Assembly (NCBI GenBank): GCA_963727505.1
Contig: CAVSGP010000009.1
Location: 608,001 to 672,000, forward strand
Direction of reading: 5' to 3'
Origin: an uncultured Trueperaceae bacterium
GTDB taxonomy: Bacteria; Deinococcota; Deinococci; Deinococcales; Trueperaceae
DNA: 64,000 bases
A program made the translations under genes and the position numbers. Below the pieces are notes generated by a model that was not told the origin of the DNA, made no database searches, and saw only the letters and a list, made by a program, of their open reading frames with translations. Within the stretch, counting starts at the first letter, position 1, and each line of letters opens with the position of its first letter. Positions 1-11,414 of this stretch are shown one piece after another.

Positions 1-897
<897 letters not shown>

Positions 898-924
898 GGT
901 GCCTCCTCGTGGATACGAAGGAAT

Positions 925-1026
925 CTAGGGGGTGGTGGAGCGGGATGCGGGCGAAGGCGGACGCCACCAGTGCTGATGGTGCCACTTGAAAGTGCGAGGG
1001 GTGCGTACCCGCGCGCGCGTCCTCAT
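925..1026 (-). CDS. trpL: putative trp leader peptide, 33 aa (MRTRARVRTPRTFKWHHQHWWRPPSPASRSTTP)
   Basis: Three Trp codons including tandem WW, stop 27 nt before trpB; TACACT -10 box 6 nt before its ATG. Confidence 0.8.
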   Translation of the reverse strand: MRTRARVRTPRTFKWHHQHWWRPPSPASRSTTP

Positions 1027-1076
1027 GGCGCCAGTGTATGCCCGCGATTCTGTGCTGGCAAGCGTGCCGGCGCGTG

Positions 1077-2060
1077 CTAGGCGTGCTGCAACAGCCAGGT
1101 CTGTTCCTCCGTGCTGAGCCGGCTCGGCGTGCGCGGGATCCGCGCCAGGTCGAAGTCCGCCACCAGCTCGGCTGCCGCGATCTCCTCGAGTCCGTCCGTC
1201 AATCCCAGCCCCCGCGCCAGCACGCCGACGACCCGTTCGGGCCGCACGCCCGCTTCGCGCAGGGCGCGCAGCGTCAGGGAGCCGCGGCGCTTGGCCAGGC
1301 GCTCACCGTGTTCGTCGAGCAGCAGGGGCACGTGCGCGAAGGCGGGCGCTGCGTGACCGAGGGCCCGGTAGAGCAGGAGCTGTGCAGCGGTGGAGGGGAG
1401 GAGATCGTCGCCGCGCACCACCTCGCTCACCGCCATGGCGGCGTCATCGACGACGGTCGCGAGCTGGTACGCCCAGAGGCCGTCGGCGCGCCGTACCACG
1501 ATGTCCCCCACGTCGTGCTCGGCGGCCGCACGCTGCGGGCCGGCCACGACGTCGTCGAAGCCGATCGTTCCGGGGGCGATCCGGAAGCGCAGGCTAGGCA
1601 CCTTGCCTTCGGCGCGTTTTCGCTCGGCCAGGCGAGCGTTGGCCTTGCGCTCGAGCTCGCCGTAGACGGGCGAGCGGCCGTGGGGCGCGCTCGCGACCTG
1701 GTGGAGCTCCCGGCGGGAGAGGTAGCACGGGAAGATGCGTCCCTGACGTTGCAGGACCGCGAGGGCCGCGGCGTAGCGTTCGCCGCGCTCGCTCTGACGG
1801 TAGGGACCGAGGGGCCCACCGATGTCGGGCCCCTCGTCCCAGTCGAGCCCCAGCCAGGTGAGCTCGCGCAGATTGCCGTCCACCGCTTCCGGCACTGTGC
1901 GGTGGGCGTCCAGGTCGTCGACCCGGAGCACGAGCTCGCCGCCCCGCGAGCGCGCCCGCAACCAGGCCAGCAGCGCCGTCCGGGCGTTGCCGAGGTGGAG
2001 CCAGCCGCTGGGCGAGGGCGCGTACCGTCCCCGGTAGGCGCCCTCCGCAGCCGGCGTCAT
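1077..2060 (-). CDS. gluQ: glutamyl-Q tRNA(Asp) synthetase
   Basis: RYAPSPSG-x-LHLGN, YQLATVVDD, VRGDDL, RLAKR motifs; no anticodon-binding domain. Confidence 0.9.
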   Translation of the reverse strand: MTPAAEGAYRGRYAPSPSGWLHLGNARTALLAWLRARSRGGELVLRVDDLDAHRTVPEAVDGNLRELTWLGLDWDEGPDIGGPLGPYRQSERGERYAAALAVLQRQGRIFPCYLSRRELHQVASAPHGRSPVYGELERKANARLAERKRAEGKVPSLRFRIAPGTIGFDDVVAGPQRAAAEHDVGDIVVRRADGLWAYQLATVVDDAAMAVSEVVRGDDLLPSTAAQLLLYRALGHAAPAFAHVPLLLDEHGERLAKRRGSLTLRALREAGVRPERVVGVLARGLGLTDGLEEIAAAELVADFDLARIPRTPSRLSTEEQTWLLQHA

Positions 2061-2089
2061 CGGAACGTGCGTCGCGGAGACCGGCGGTC

Positions 2090-3024
2090 TCAGGCCTTTC
2101 CGGCCTTGGTCATCGCCTCCAGCATGGCCGCGCCCATATCGCTGGGCGTCTGCGCGACCACCACGCCGGCGGCTTCGAGGGCGGCGATCTTGTCCTTGGC
2201 CGTGCCCTTGCCCCCGGAGATGATGGCACCAGCGTGACCCATGCGCTTGCCCGCGGGCGCGGTGGTCCCAGCGATGAAGGCGGCCACCGGCTTGGTCATG
2301 TTCGCCCGGATCCAGGCCGCGGCCTCCTCCTCGGCCGAGCCCCCGATCTCACCGATCATGATGACCCCCTCGGTGGAGGGATCGTCGTTGTACAGCCGCA
2401 GCACGTCGACGAAGTTGGTCCCGTTCACGGGGTCGCCGCCGATGCCCACGGCGCTGGTCTGGCCCAGACCGTTGTCGGTGAGATGCTTGACCGCCTCGTA
2501 CGTGAGGGTGCCGGAGCGGCTGACCACGCCGATGCGCCCGCCCTGGTGGATGTAGCCGGGCATGATGCCGATCTTGCACTCGTGCGGGGTGATGACACCC
2601 GGGCAGTTCGGTCCCACCAGGCGTGTCGCCGACCCCTCCAGCACGCGGTTCACCCGCACCATGTCCATGATGGGGATGCCCTCGGTGATGGCCACCACCA
2701 GCTCCAGACCGGCGTCAGCGGCTTCCAGGATGGCGTCGGCCGCGAAGGGAGGCGGTACGAACACCACGCTGGCGTTGGCGCCGGTGGCTTCGACCGCCTC
2801 GCGCACGGTGTCGAAGATCGGCACCTCGACGCCGTAACGATCGTCGCGTCCGGGCACGCCGCTGTGGTCGGTCTCGCCCTCGAAGCGCTCGACCTGGCCG
2901 CCACGTCCCGGGTGCACCGCCCCGACCATCTGGGTGCCGTAGGCGATCGCCTTGTCGGTGTGGAAGCGACCGGCGCTGCCGATCCCCTGCACCAGGACCT
3001 TGGTGTTCTTGTCGACGAGGATGC

Positions 3025-3028
<4 letters not shown>
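2090..3028 (-). CDS. sucD: succinyl-CoA ligase alpha subunit
   Basis: [40 protein letters not shown] overlap with sucC stop. Confidence 0.95.
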
Positions 3029-4248
<1,220 letters not shown>

Positions 4249-4510
4249 AGGGGACCTCCCACGGTCGGCCTACGACCGTCTGCGTCAAACCGCCCCAGGG
4301 TAACGCTCGGACCTCTCCCGCTCCAAGCTCCGGCCGACCGTCGCCGACAACGACGGTGCCCGGACGAGGGGTGTCGCCGGTCGAGCGCGGAAGCGATGGC
4401 ATCGGCCGGCGGCGGGTTGCGGGGAGCTGCCGCCCTGATCTGCCGTAGCGTCCGGTGCAGTGTGGAACCCTTCAACGCGCGGGCGGTGCTGCAGGCGCTA
4501 GCATGCTCCC

Positions 4511-5011
4511 ATGGTGCGCACCGCCATTCTCACCGTGAGCGACCGTGGCGCGGCCGGCCAGCGGGAGGACACCTCGGTCCAGGAGATCCGCCGCCTGCTG
4601 CAGGGGGGCCCGTTCGTCGAGGTCGACTACCAGGTCTTGCCCGACGAGCAAGCGATGATCCGTGCCAAGCTCAGGCTGTGGTGCGATCAGGACACCGTTG
4701 ATCTGATTCTGACCACCGGGGGTACCGGCCTGGCGCTCCGCGACCGCACTCCCGAAGCCACCCGTGAGGTTATCGAGCGGGAGGTGCCGGGGCTGGCCGA
4801 ACTGATGCGTGCGCATGGCGCGCTGTCGAACGCGCGTGCAGCGCTCTCCCGCGGCCTCGTTGGGATCCGGCGGGGGACGCTGGTGGTGAACCTTCCCGGC
4901 AGCCCGCGTGGCGCGCGAGAGTCCCTCGAAGCCGTGATCGGTGTCCTTCCACACGCCATCGACACCATCCTCGGCGAGCGCCGGAGCGCTCCGGAGTCCT
5001 GGCACAACTGA
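4511..5011 (+). CDS. moaB: molybdopterin adenylyltransferase, MogA/MoaB family
   Basis: TVSD, TTGGTG, RDRTPEAT, NLPGSP motifs. Confidence 0.9.
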   Translation: MVRTAILTVSDRGAAGQREDTSVQEIRRLLQGGPFVEVDYQVLPDEQAMIRAKLRLWCDQDTVDLILTTGGTGLALRDRTPEATREVIEREVPGLAELMRAHGALSNARAALSRGLVGIRRGTLVVNLPGSPRGARESLEAVIGVLPHAIDTILGERRSAPESWHN

Positions 5012-5057
5012 GCGACGGTCGCGCCCACGCTGGTCGAACGCCATGTAGCATGGCCTG

Positions 5058-5537
5058 GTGACGATCCTGGCGTTGGTGGTCCTGGTGCTCGGGTTGCTGG
5101 TCGGGCTGGTCGGCGTGGTGGCCCCGGTGCTGCCGGGCGTGCCCGTGGCGGCGGCGGGAGCCGTGCTGGCCGCTTGGATCGTGGGCTTCGACCGCTTTGG
5201 GCTCCTGCCACTGGGGTTCATCGTGGGCCTGGCGGTGCTGGCGCAGCTCATCGACCTGGCCGGAAACTGGGTAGGCGCCCGCGTCTACGGTGCTCGCCGC
5301 GCCGGCTTGTGGGGTGGCGTGATCGGTTCCCTGGTGGGGCTGATCTTCTTCCCGCCCTTCGGCTTCCTGCTGGGTGCGTTGGTCGGCGCCGTGCTGTTCG
5401 AGCTGGCTGGCGGCCGCGCGCTGAACGAAGCCCTTCGCGCCGGGGTGGGCGCCTTCGTTGGTGCGCTCGGGGGTACGGTCGCCAAGGTCCTGATCGTGAT
5501 CGCGATGGCGGTCATCGGGATCCCGAGAGTCTTTTGA
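5058..5537 (+). CDS. DUF456 family membrane protein
   Basis: PVLPG motif, Gly-rich hydrophobic helices. Confidence 0.75.
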   Translation: MTILALVVLVLGLLVGLVGVVAPVLPGVPVAAAGAVLAAWIVGFDRFGLLPLGFIVGLAVLAQLIDLAGNWVGARVYGARRAGLWGGVIGSLVGLIFFPPFGFLLGALVGAVLFELAGGRALNEALRAGVGAFVGALGGTVAKVLIVIAMAVIGIPRVF

Positions 5538-5630
5538 GTTCGGCCCCGCGGGGGGCAGCGGCGCGGGTTGGTAAGCTCGCGTCCTGAAGCTTAGGCGGGC
5601 GCTGTTCGCGCTCTTGAGAGGACGACTGTA

Positions 5631-6536
5631 ATGGATCCGATTCTCGTTCACATCGGGCCGCTGGCGATCCGCTGGTACGGCTTCCTGATCGCGCTCGCCG
5701 TCCTGGTCGGGGCGCTGTGGGCGCTCCGCCTGGCCGAGCGTCGCGGGCTCGACCCCGACAAGCTACTCGACGCCGCGGTGTGGCTGGTCCTCGCCGGCAT
5801 CATCGGCGCACGCCTGGTGTACGTGGTGACCAGCCCCTCGGCGTTCTTCGGTCCTGGAGGGCACCCGCTCGACGCCGTCAAGGTATGGCAGGGGGGTATC
5901 AGCATCCACGGCGGCATTCTCGGGGTGCTGGTGGCGATGTGGGTCTACAGCCGCGTGCAGCGCATCAACATGTGGGCCTACATGGACGTGCTGACGCCGC
6001 TGGGCGCGCTCGGCATCATGGGCGGACGCATCGGCAACATCATGAACGGCACCGACACCGGCGGCCGCCTGACGAACCTCGCCATCGGCATCGATTGGCC
6101 CAAGCCAGGAACGCCTTTCCTGGGCGGGTTCGGCCGCTTCCTGTTCGGCAAGGACCTGTGGCAGTACGCGCCGCCCGCCTGCCGCACCGTGCCCGCAGGC
6201 CAGCCCTGCCACATCCATTTCGCGCAGTTCTACGGCTTCGTGGTCGGGTTCATCCTGCTGTTCATCGTCCTCTGGGCGTTGCGGCGGAGCCGCGCGCCGG
6301 GCTACGCCTTCTGGCAGTTCGCCCTGTGGTACTCGGTGCTGCGCAGCGTGCTCGAAGAGCCCTTCCGCGACAACCCCCTGTACTGGAAGGTCTACGACAA
6401 CATGCAGGCGGGGATCGGCTTCTTCACGCTCACGCAGCTCGTCAGCGTCGTCATCGTGGTCGTGGCCATCGCCATGCTCGTACGCATCCGTCAGCGGGAA
6501 CGTCGGGGCCGGCTTGCCGGCGCCGCGGAGCGCTGA
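5631..6536 (+). CDS. lgt: prolipoprotein diacylglyceryl transferase
   Basis: IRWYG, GARLVYV, WQGGISIHGG, GRIGN motifs. Confidence 0.93.
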   Translation: MDPILVHIGPLAIRWYGFLIALAVLVGALWALRLAERRGLDPDKLLDAAVWLVLAGIIGARLVYVVTSPSAFFGPGGHPLDAVKVWQGGISIHGGILGVLVAMWVYSRVQRINMWAYMDVLTPLGALGIMGGRIGNIMNGTDTGGRLTNLAIGIDWPKPGTPFLGGFGRFLFGKDLWQYAPPACRTVPAGQPCHIHFAQFYGFVVGFILLFIVLWALRRSRAPGYAFWQFALWYSVLRSVLEEPFRDNPLYWKVYDNMQAGIGFFTLTQLVSVVIVVVAIAMLVRIRQRERRGRLAGAAER

Positions 6537-6538
6537 GG

Positions 6539-7519
6539 GTGGGGGAAGCCGGCCTGAGCGTGGTGGTGCTCGCCGCCGGGCAGGGCACACGCATGCGCTC
6601 GTCGCTGCCCAAGGTGCTCCACGAGGCGGCCGGCAAGCCGCTGCTGGAACACGTGCTGAACGCTGCCGGGGCGCTCCGGCCCGCTCGGAAGGTGGTCGTG
6701 GTCGGGCACGGGTCCGAGGCCGTGCGGGCGCGGTTCGCCGACGCCGGCGTCACCTTCGTCGAGCAGGCCGAGCAGCGCGGCACCGGGCACGCGTTGCTGT
6801 GCACGCGCGAGGCGCTCGCCGAAGCGTCGGGACCGCTGCTGGTGCTCTACGGCGACCAGCCCCTGGTCCACCCCGCCACCCTCGAGGGGCTGGTCGAGGA
6901 GCACCGCAGGCACGGTGGGGCAGTCCTGCTGACCTACGAGGTCGCCGACCCGTTCGGACTCGGACGGGTGGTGCGCGCGCCGGACGGCAGCGTGCTGCGA
7001 GTGGTGGAGGAGAAGGACGCCTCGGCGGAGGAGCGGGCGATCCACGAGGTCTACCCGGGCGCCATCGTCTTCGATGAGGCGGCCTTCGATGTCGCCTCCG
7101 GACTGAGCGCCGACAACGCCGCCGGCGAGTACTACCTCACCGACATGGTGGCCCTCTACCGCCGCGGCGGCCGTGGCCTGCACGCGTTCCGAGGCCACGA
7201 CGAGATGCGCGAGCTGATCGGTGTCAACACGCGGGGCGAGCTGGCGCGGGCCGAGGCCCTGCTTCGGCGCCGCGCGCGCGAGCACTGGCTGACGGCGGGC
7301 GTCACCATGCATGCGCCGGAATCGACCTTCGTCGACGACGCGGTGACGCTGGCCCCCGACGTGGTGCTCGAGCCCGGCGTGCTGCTGCGCGGCGCCACCA
7401 GGGTGGGCCGCGGCGCCCGCGTCGGGGCCTACGCCGTGCTGGACGGCTGCACGGTGGCTCCCGGGGCGACCGTGCCGCCGCACACGGTGGCGCGGGGACG
7501 GGCGTTCGAGGCGCCCTGA
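6539..7519 (+). CDS. glmU: GlmU-like sugar-1-phosphate nucleotidyltransferase, short (326 aa; acetyltransferase domain largely absent)
   Basis: LAAGQGTRMRSSLPKVLH, GTGHA, VEEKDA, EYYLTD, GVN, then only a few hexapeptide turns. Confidence 0.8.
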   Translation: MGEAGLSVVVLAAGQGTRMRSSLPKVLHEAAGKPLLEHVLNAAGALRPARKVVVVGHGSEAVRARFADAGVTFVEQAEQRGTGHALLCTREALAEASGPLLVLYGDQPLVHPATLEGLVEEHRRHGGAVLLTYEVADPFGLGRVVRAPDGSVLRVVEEKDASAEERAIHEVYPGAIVFDEAAFDVASGLSADNAAGEYYLTDMVALYRRGGRGLHAFRGHDEMRELIGVNTRGELARAEALLRRRAREHWLTAGVTMHAPESTFVDDAVTLAPDVVLEPGVLLRGATRVGRGARVGAYAVLDGCTVAPGATVPPHTVARGRAFEAP

Positions 7520-7532
7520 GGCGTCGGCGCGC

Positions 7533-9038
7533 TCAGTCTTCGGCGCCGGGGGCCCCGCCGCCGTCGGGCAGGTGGCTGGTGTAGGCCTCGTCATGCGGGC
7601 GCTCGAGGGTCTCGAGCGTGAGGTCGTGCAATCGCAGGCGAGCGCTCTCGGTGTAGAAGCCGACCCGTCCCTCGCCGAAGCGCTCGTCGGCCAGCGTCAG
7701 GAGCACCGCGCCGTCGAGCGAGAACTCCAGGTAGGAGCCGTAGGCGAGCAAGACGAACGGGTGCGGGTCGCCGTGCGCGACGTAGAAGTTCGACTGCAGG
7801 GGGATGTAGTCGAAGGCCTCCTCGACGTCGCCTCCCGGATGCGCCGCCCAGGCACGGAGCTGGGCGATGCCCTTGTGCAGGTCGAGACTGAGATAGTAGC
7901 CGTCCCCGTCGTCGCTCAGACGCAGCACCAGGCCGATCTTGCCGCTGCCGTCCATGTGCATCTCGCCGCGCAACCGGAAGTCGCGGTGCACGCCCGGCAC
8001 CAGGAACGTCTCGAAGCCGCTGTCGCAGCCGAAGCGCGCCACGCCGGACGTCGCCTCGCTGACGGCCGACGCGCGGCCGAACAGCGGTTCCAGCGGGATC
8101 AGCTCGGCCGCCGGGAGCGTGGCGCGCACGCGCGCGTCGAAGCCCGAGAAGCTCGCCAGATAGAGCTCCCCGTCGGGCGCTGCGCGCAGCTCCTTGGGCG
8201 GTGGCAATAGATGCTGACCGTCGGTCACGCGCCCCTTGAAGAAGAAGTTCCACACGAGCCAACGGCCGTCGTCCCGGCATAGGCGCGCGGCGTAGTTGCC
8301 CTGGGGGAGCAGCACGTTGTCCGAGAAGTTGAGGTAGGGCCCCTCGAAGGCATCGGCGTACCAGTAGTGGACCTTCACGTCCTCCCGGATCGAGCCGAGC
8401 AGGTACCAGCGGCCGCCGAGTTGCACCGGCACAGGCACCTCGATGTCGTCGTAGCGGCTGGGATGGAACAGTGGTTGCCGCGGTTCGAAGTGGTCCGGCG
8501 CGGTCTCTTCGAACAGGGCCACCGCCCCCCGCCGGATGACCGGGCCGTGGTCCACCCGCGCGGCCGCCAGCAGGTAGCCGGTGCCGTCGATGCGCGCGTA
8601 GTAGGGGTCGCGGAAGCTGACCCAGTGCCGTCCCTGTTCGAGGGTGTGTTCGTACGGCGCGTCCTCGAGCTCCAGCGGGAAGCTTCCGGACGCGTCCTTC
8701 TCCCAGGTGAAGAGGTCGTCGGAGCGCGCTAGGCCGATGCGTTGCACCCGCCCGCGGTTGCGCATGCTGAGACCGGTGTAGAACATGCGCCAGCCGGCCT
8801 CCCTGCCGGGGTCGGGCGAGATGCTCATGGTCCACAGCATGTCGTCGTCCCAGCCGCCGGGGTGGCTGATGAACAGCGCGTTCTCGACCCGTTCCCAGGA
8901 CAGGCCGTCCTCGGACACCGCGTGCGCGATGTAGTCGTGGTTGGGCAGCACCAGATGGAACAGGTGGTAGAGCCCACCGGTGCGAACGACCTCGACGTCG
9001 CCGATCTCGCTGACGCGGAAGCCGAAGCCGGCGTACAC
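7533..9038 (-). CDS. GH32-like glycoside hydrolase (beta-propeller plus beta-sandwich)
   Basis: YHLFH, AHAVSEDGLSW, FRDP, IEVP; directly downstream of sps. Confidence 0.75.
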   Translation of the reverse strand: MYAGFGFRVSEIGDVEVVRTGGLYHLFHLVLPNHDYIAHAVSEDGLSWERVENALFISHPGGWDDDMLWTMSISPDPGREAGWRMFYTGLSMRNRGRVQRIGLARSDDLFTWEKDASGSFPLELEDAPYEHTLEQGRHWVSFRDPYYARIDGTGYLLAAARVDHGPVIRRGAVALFEETAPDHFEPRQPLFHPSRYDDIEVPVPVQLGGRWYLLGSIREDVKVHYWYADAFEGPYLNFSDNVLLPQGNYAARLCRDDGRWLVWNFFFKGRVTDGQHLLPPPKELRAAPDGELYLASFSGFDARVRATLPAAELIPLEPLFGRASAVSEATSGVARFGCDSGFETFLVPGVHRDFRLRGEMHMDGSGKIGLVLRLSDDGDGYYLSLDLHKGIAQLRAWAAHPGGDVEEAFDYIPLQSNFYVAHGDPHPFVLLAYGSYLEFSLDGAVLLTLADERFGEGRVGFYTESARLRLHDLTLETLERPHDEAYTSHLPDGGGAPGAED

Positions 9039-9061
9039 CCTTCAGCCCCCCTGGCGCAGGC

Positions 9062-11296
9062 TCACGAGCGCTCCCGCCCGTCGCCGCCGACGTCGACGAA
9101 TCCCTGGTGCTCGAGCCCCTCCAGCACACCGGTGGCGAGCTCGGACTCGGCGAAATAGATGCCGCGCCGGCCCTTGAGCCGTTCCAGCTCGGGCGCGTAG
9201 TTCCCGACCACGATGCCGGGATGCCGGCTGGTCAGCATCTCGGTGTCGTTGCCCGAATCGCCGGCCACCACGATGTCGCGGCTCTTCACCCCCCACTTGC
9301 GCGCCAGGTAGTGGATGGCCTTGCCCTTGGACGCGCGCGAGGGAAGGACGTCGAGGTAGGCGCCGCTGGAGTGAACGACGGTCGCCTGCACGCCCGCCTC
9401 CGTGAGGGCTTCGCGTACCTGCTCGACGCGCCTCTCGCCCTCGTTGCCCTCCGCAGTGAGGTAGTAGCTCACCTTGAAGGCGCGCTGGGCATGCTCGGGT
9501 TGGCGCTCCAGGAACGGCAGCGCGTCGAGCGCACGTCGGACGGCGTCCGGCTTCCAGCCGTGCGACAGATAGTGGGCATAGCCGCGGTCGCGCACGGCTT
9601 CGGGACCGTAGTAGATCTCGGAGCCGACGGCACAGATGAGGACGTCGGGGGTCGGGATGGCGTGTGCCTCCAGCGCCTCGCGGACCTGTTCGAGGTTGCG
9701 GCCGGAGGCGACCGCGAACGCCATGTCGGCCTGCGCCAGCGCCCGTTGCAGACGCTCGAGGCCTTCGTCGTCGTCACCGCGGTCCTCGTCGATGAGGGTG
9801 TGGTCGATGTCGCTCACCAGCAGGCGCCGACCGGCGCGCAGGTGCTCGCCTGCACCGGTCCGCCAGGGCGCCCGCCGCAGCTCGTCGAGCCGCTCGCGCA
9901 GCGCCGTCACCTCTTCCAGGTAGGTGTCGGCGTGAGCTTCCCAGGCGTAGTGCTTGCGCACACCGGCGATGCCGTTCTCCGAGAAGCGGTCCCACTCCTC
10001 GCGGTCGACGAGGATGCGCTTCAGCGCGTCCTGGATGGCATGCGTGTCGCGCGCGTCGACCAGGATCCCACTGCCGCAGTTCTCGATGATGTCCTGCGGT
10101 CCACCATGATCGGTCGAGACCACGGGGAGCCCCGACGAGCTCGCCTCGATCAGGGTGATCCCGAAGTTCTCGACCAGGGCCGGGTTGACGAACACCCCGC
10201 GCTTGGCTGCCGCGATCCGGTACAGCACCGGGATGTCGGTGTCGGGGTCGTGCTTCTTGGGCAGAGCCATGCGGCCGTAGAGGTCGTAGCGGTCCATCAG
10301 CAGGAGCATCCGGGTCAGGACCTCCTGCTCGTTGTCGTCCATCTGCTCGATGTCGCGACGGACGCCCGCGAACACCGCCAGGTTGGCGATCTGCTGCAGC
10401 TCCTTGTCCTCGCCGTAGGCGGTGAGCAGGCCGTCGATGTTCTTGCGCCGATCGGGACGGCTGATGGCCAGGATGAGCGGCTTGTTGGGGTCGTAGAGGA
10501 AGCGCGCGATCTCCTGGCGCATACGGACCCGGGCGCGCACCACGTCCTCACCCGGATCGAAGCCCTCGTCGAGGTCGTAGTAGAAGGGATAGAAGGTGCT
10601 CACCTCGATGCCGGGAGGGATGACGTGGTACTTGGCCTCGGAGCTGGCATCGTAGAGCTCGTAGCCCCGCTGCACCTCGTGGTTGGTGCTGGCAATGACC
10701 AGATCGGCCTTGGCCACCACCTCTTCCTCGACGTCGATGCGGTGCCGGATGTGGTACTGCCGGTCGATCTCCTCGGCGGTCATGCCCGCGGCTTCCAGGA
10801 CCCGCAGCTTGTTGCGACCCAGCGAGTGCCCTGTGAACACCAGCGGCACGCCGAGCACGCTGGCGAGCTGCAGCGCCGCGTACCCCGCGTCGGCGTAGTG
10901 CCCGTGCACGATGTCGGGCCCGATGTGGTGTTGGCGGTTGAAACGCAGGACGCCCTCGACGAACTCGTCGAGCACCGGCCACAGCAGCTCCTTGCGGCGG
11001 TAGCGCGTACCCCCCGCCTTGATCCGAACCAGGCGGGCGTTCTCGCTCAGCTCCTCGATCTCGCGAGCGTAATCGTCGGACACGCGCGGATCATCGATGA
11101 GGCGGGTGAAGAGGTCGACCTGCCTCACCCCTTCGTGGCGGCCGAGCGCGCGCGCCAGCTCCACGACATACTTGGTCTGGCCGCCGGTGTCGGCGTCCCG
11201 CCCCAGCTCCAGGTCGCGCCCCCGGATCAAGCCGTGAACGCTGAACATCTGGATGACCAGTCCCTCGCCGTCGTGGCTGTCGGTGCCATCGGCCAT
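9062..11296 (-). CDS. sps: sucrose-phosphate synthase fused to HAD phosphatase (SPS-SPP)
   Basis: HGLIRG..LELGRDADTGGQTKYVVELA, HGHYADAG, FTGHSLG, RPDRRKN, FVNPALVENFG; C-terminal DIDHT and GDSGND. Confidence 0.93.
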   Translation of the reverse strand: MADGTDSHDGEGLVIQMFSVHGLIRGRDLELGRDADTGGQTKYVVELARALGRHEGVRQVDLFTRLIDDPRVSDDYAREIEELSENARLVRIKAGGTRYRRKELLWPVLDEFVEGVLRFNRQHHIGPDIVHGHYADAGYAALQLASVLGVPLVFTGHSLGRNKLRVLEAAGMTAEEIDRQYHIRHRIDVEEEVVAKADLVIASTNHEVQRGYELYDASSEAKYHVIPPGIEVSTFYPFYYDLDEGFDPGEDVVRARVRMRQEIARFLYDPNKPLILAISRPDRRKNIDGLLTAYGEDKELQQIANLAVFAGVRRDIEQMDDNEQEVLTRMLLLMDRYDLYGRMALPKKHDPDTDIPVLYRIAAAKRGVFVNPALVENFGITLIEASSSGLPVVSTDHGGPQDIIENCGSGILVDARDTHAIQDALKRILVDREEWDRFSENGIAGVRKHYAWEAHADTYLEEVTALRERLDELRRAPWRTGAGEHLRAGRRLLVSDIDHTLIDEDRGDDDEGLERLQRALAQADMAFAVASGRNLEQVREALEAHAIPTPDVLICAVGSEIYYGPEAVRDRGYAHYLSHGWKPDAVRRALDALPFLERQPEHAQRAFKVSYYLTAEGNEGERRVEQVREALTEAGVQATVVHSSGAYLDVLPSRASKGKAIHYLARKWGVKSRDIVVAGDSGNDTEMLTSRHPGIVVGNYAPELERLKGRRGIYFAESELATGVLEGLEHQGFVDVGGDGRERS

Positions 11297-11414
11297 GCTC
11301 GATACCAACCTCCGTGCACAGCGTAGCAGCCGGCGTTCGGAACGCCCGTAGGGGAGGGTAGGCCTGGGCGGCGCCGGCCCAGGTCACGGGTGCTATCCTG
11401 CGCCCGGAGGAGCG

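Noticed and set aside
5575..5630. Possible SD-sequestering hairpin before lgt
   Set aside because: Only about 6 contiguous bp (cgtcct/aggacg); not distinguishable from chance.
9107..11326. Long antisense/shadow ORFs (e.g. 739 aa here, 772 aa at 18389, 712 aa at 37133)
   Set aside because: They mirror well-supported genes on the opposite strand; expected from stop-codon scarcity at high GC.
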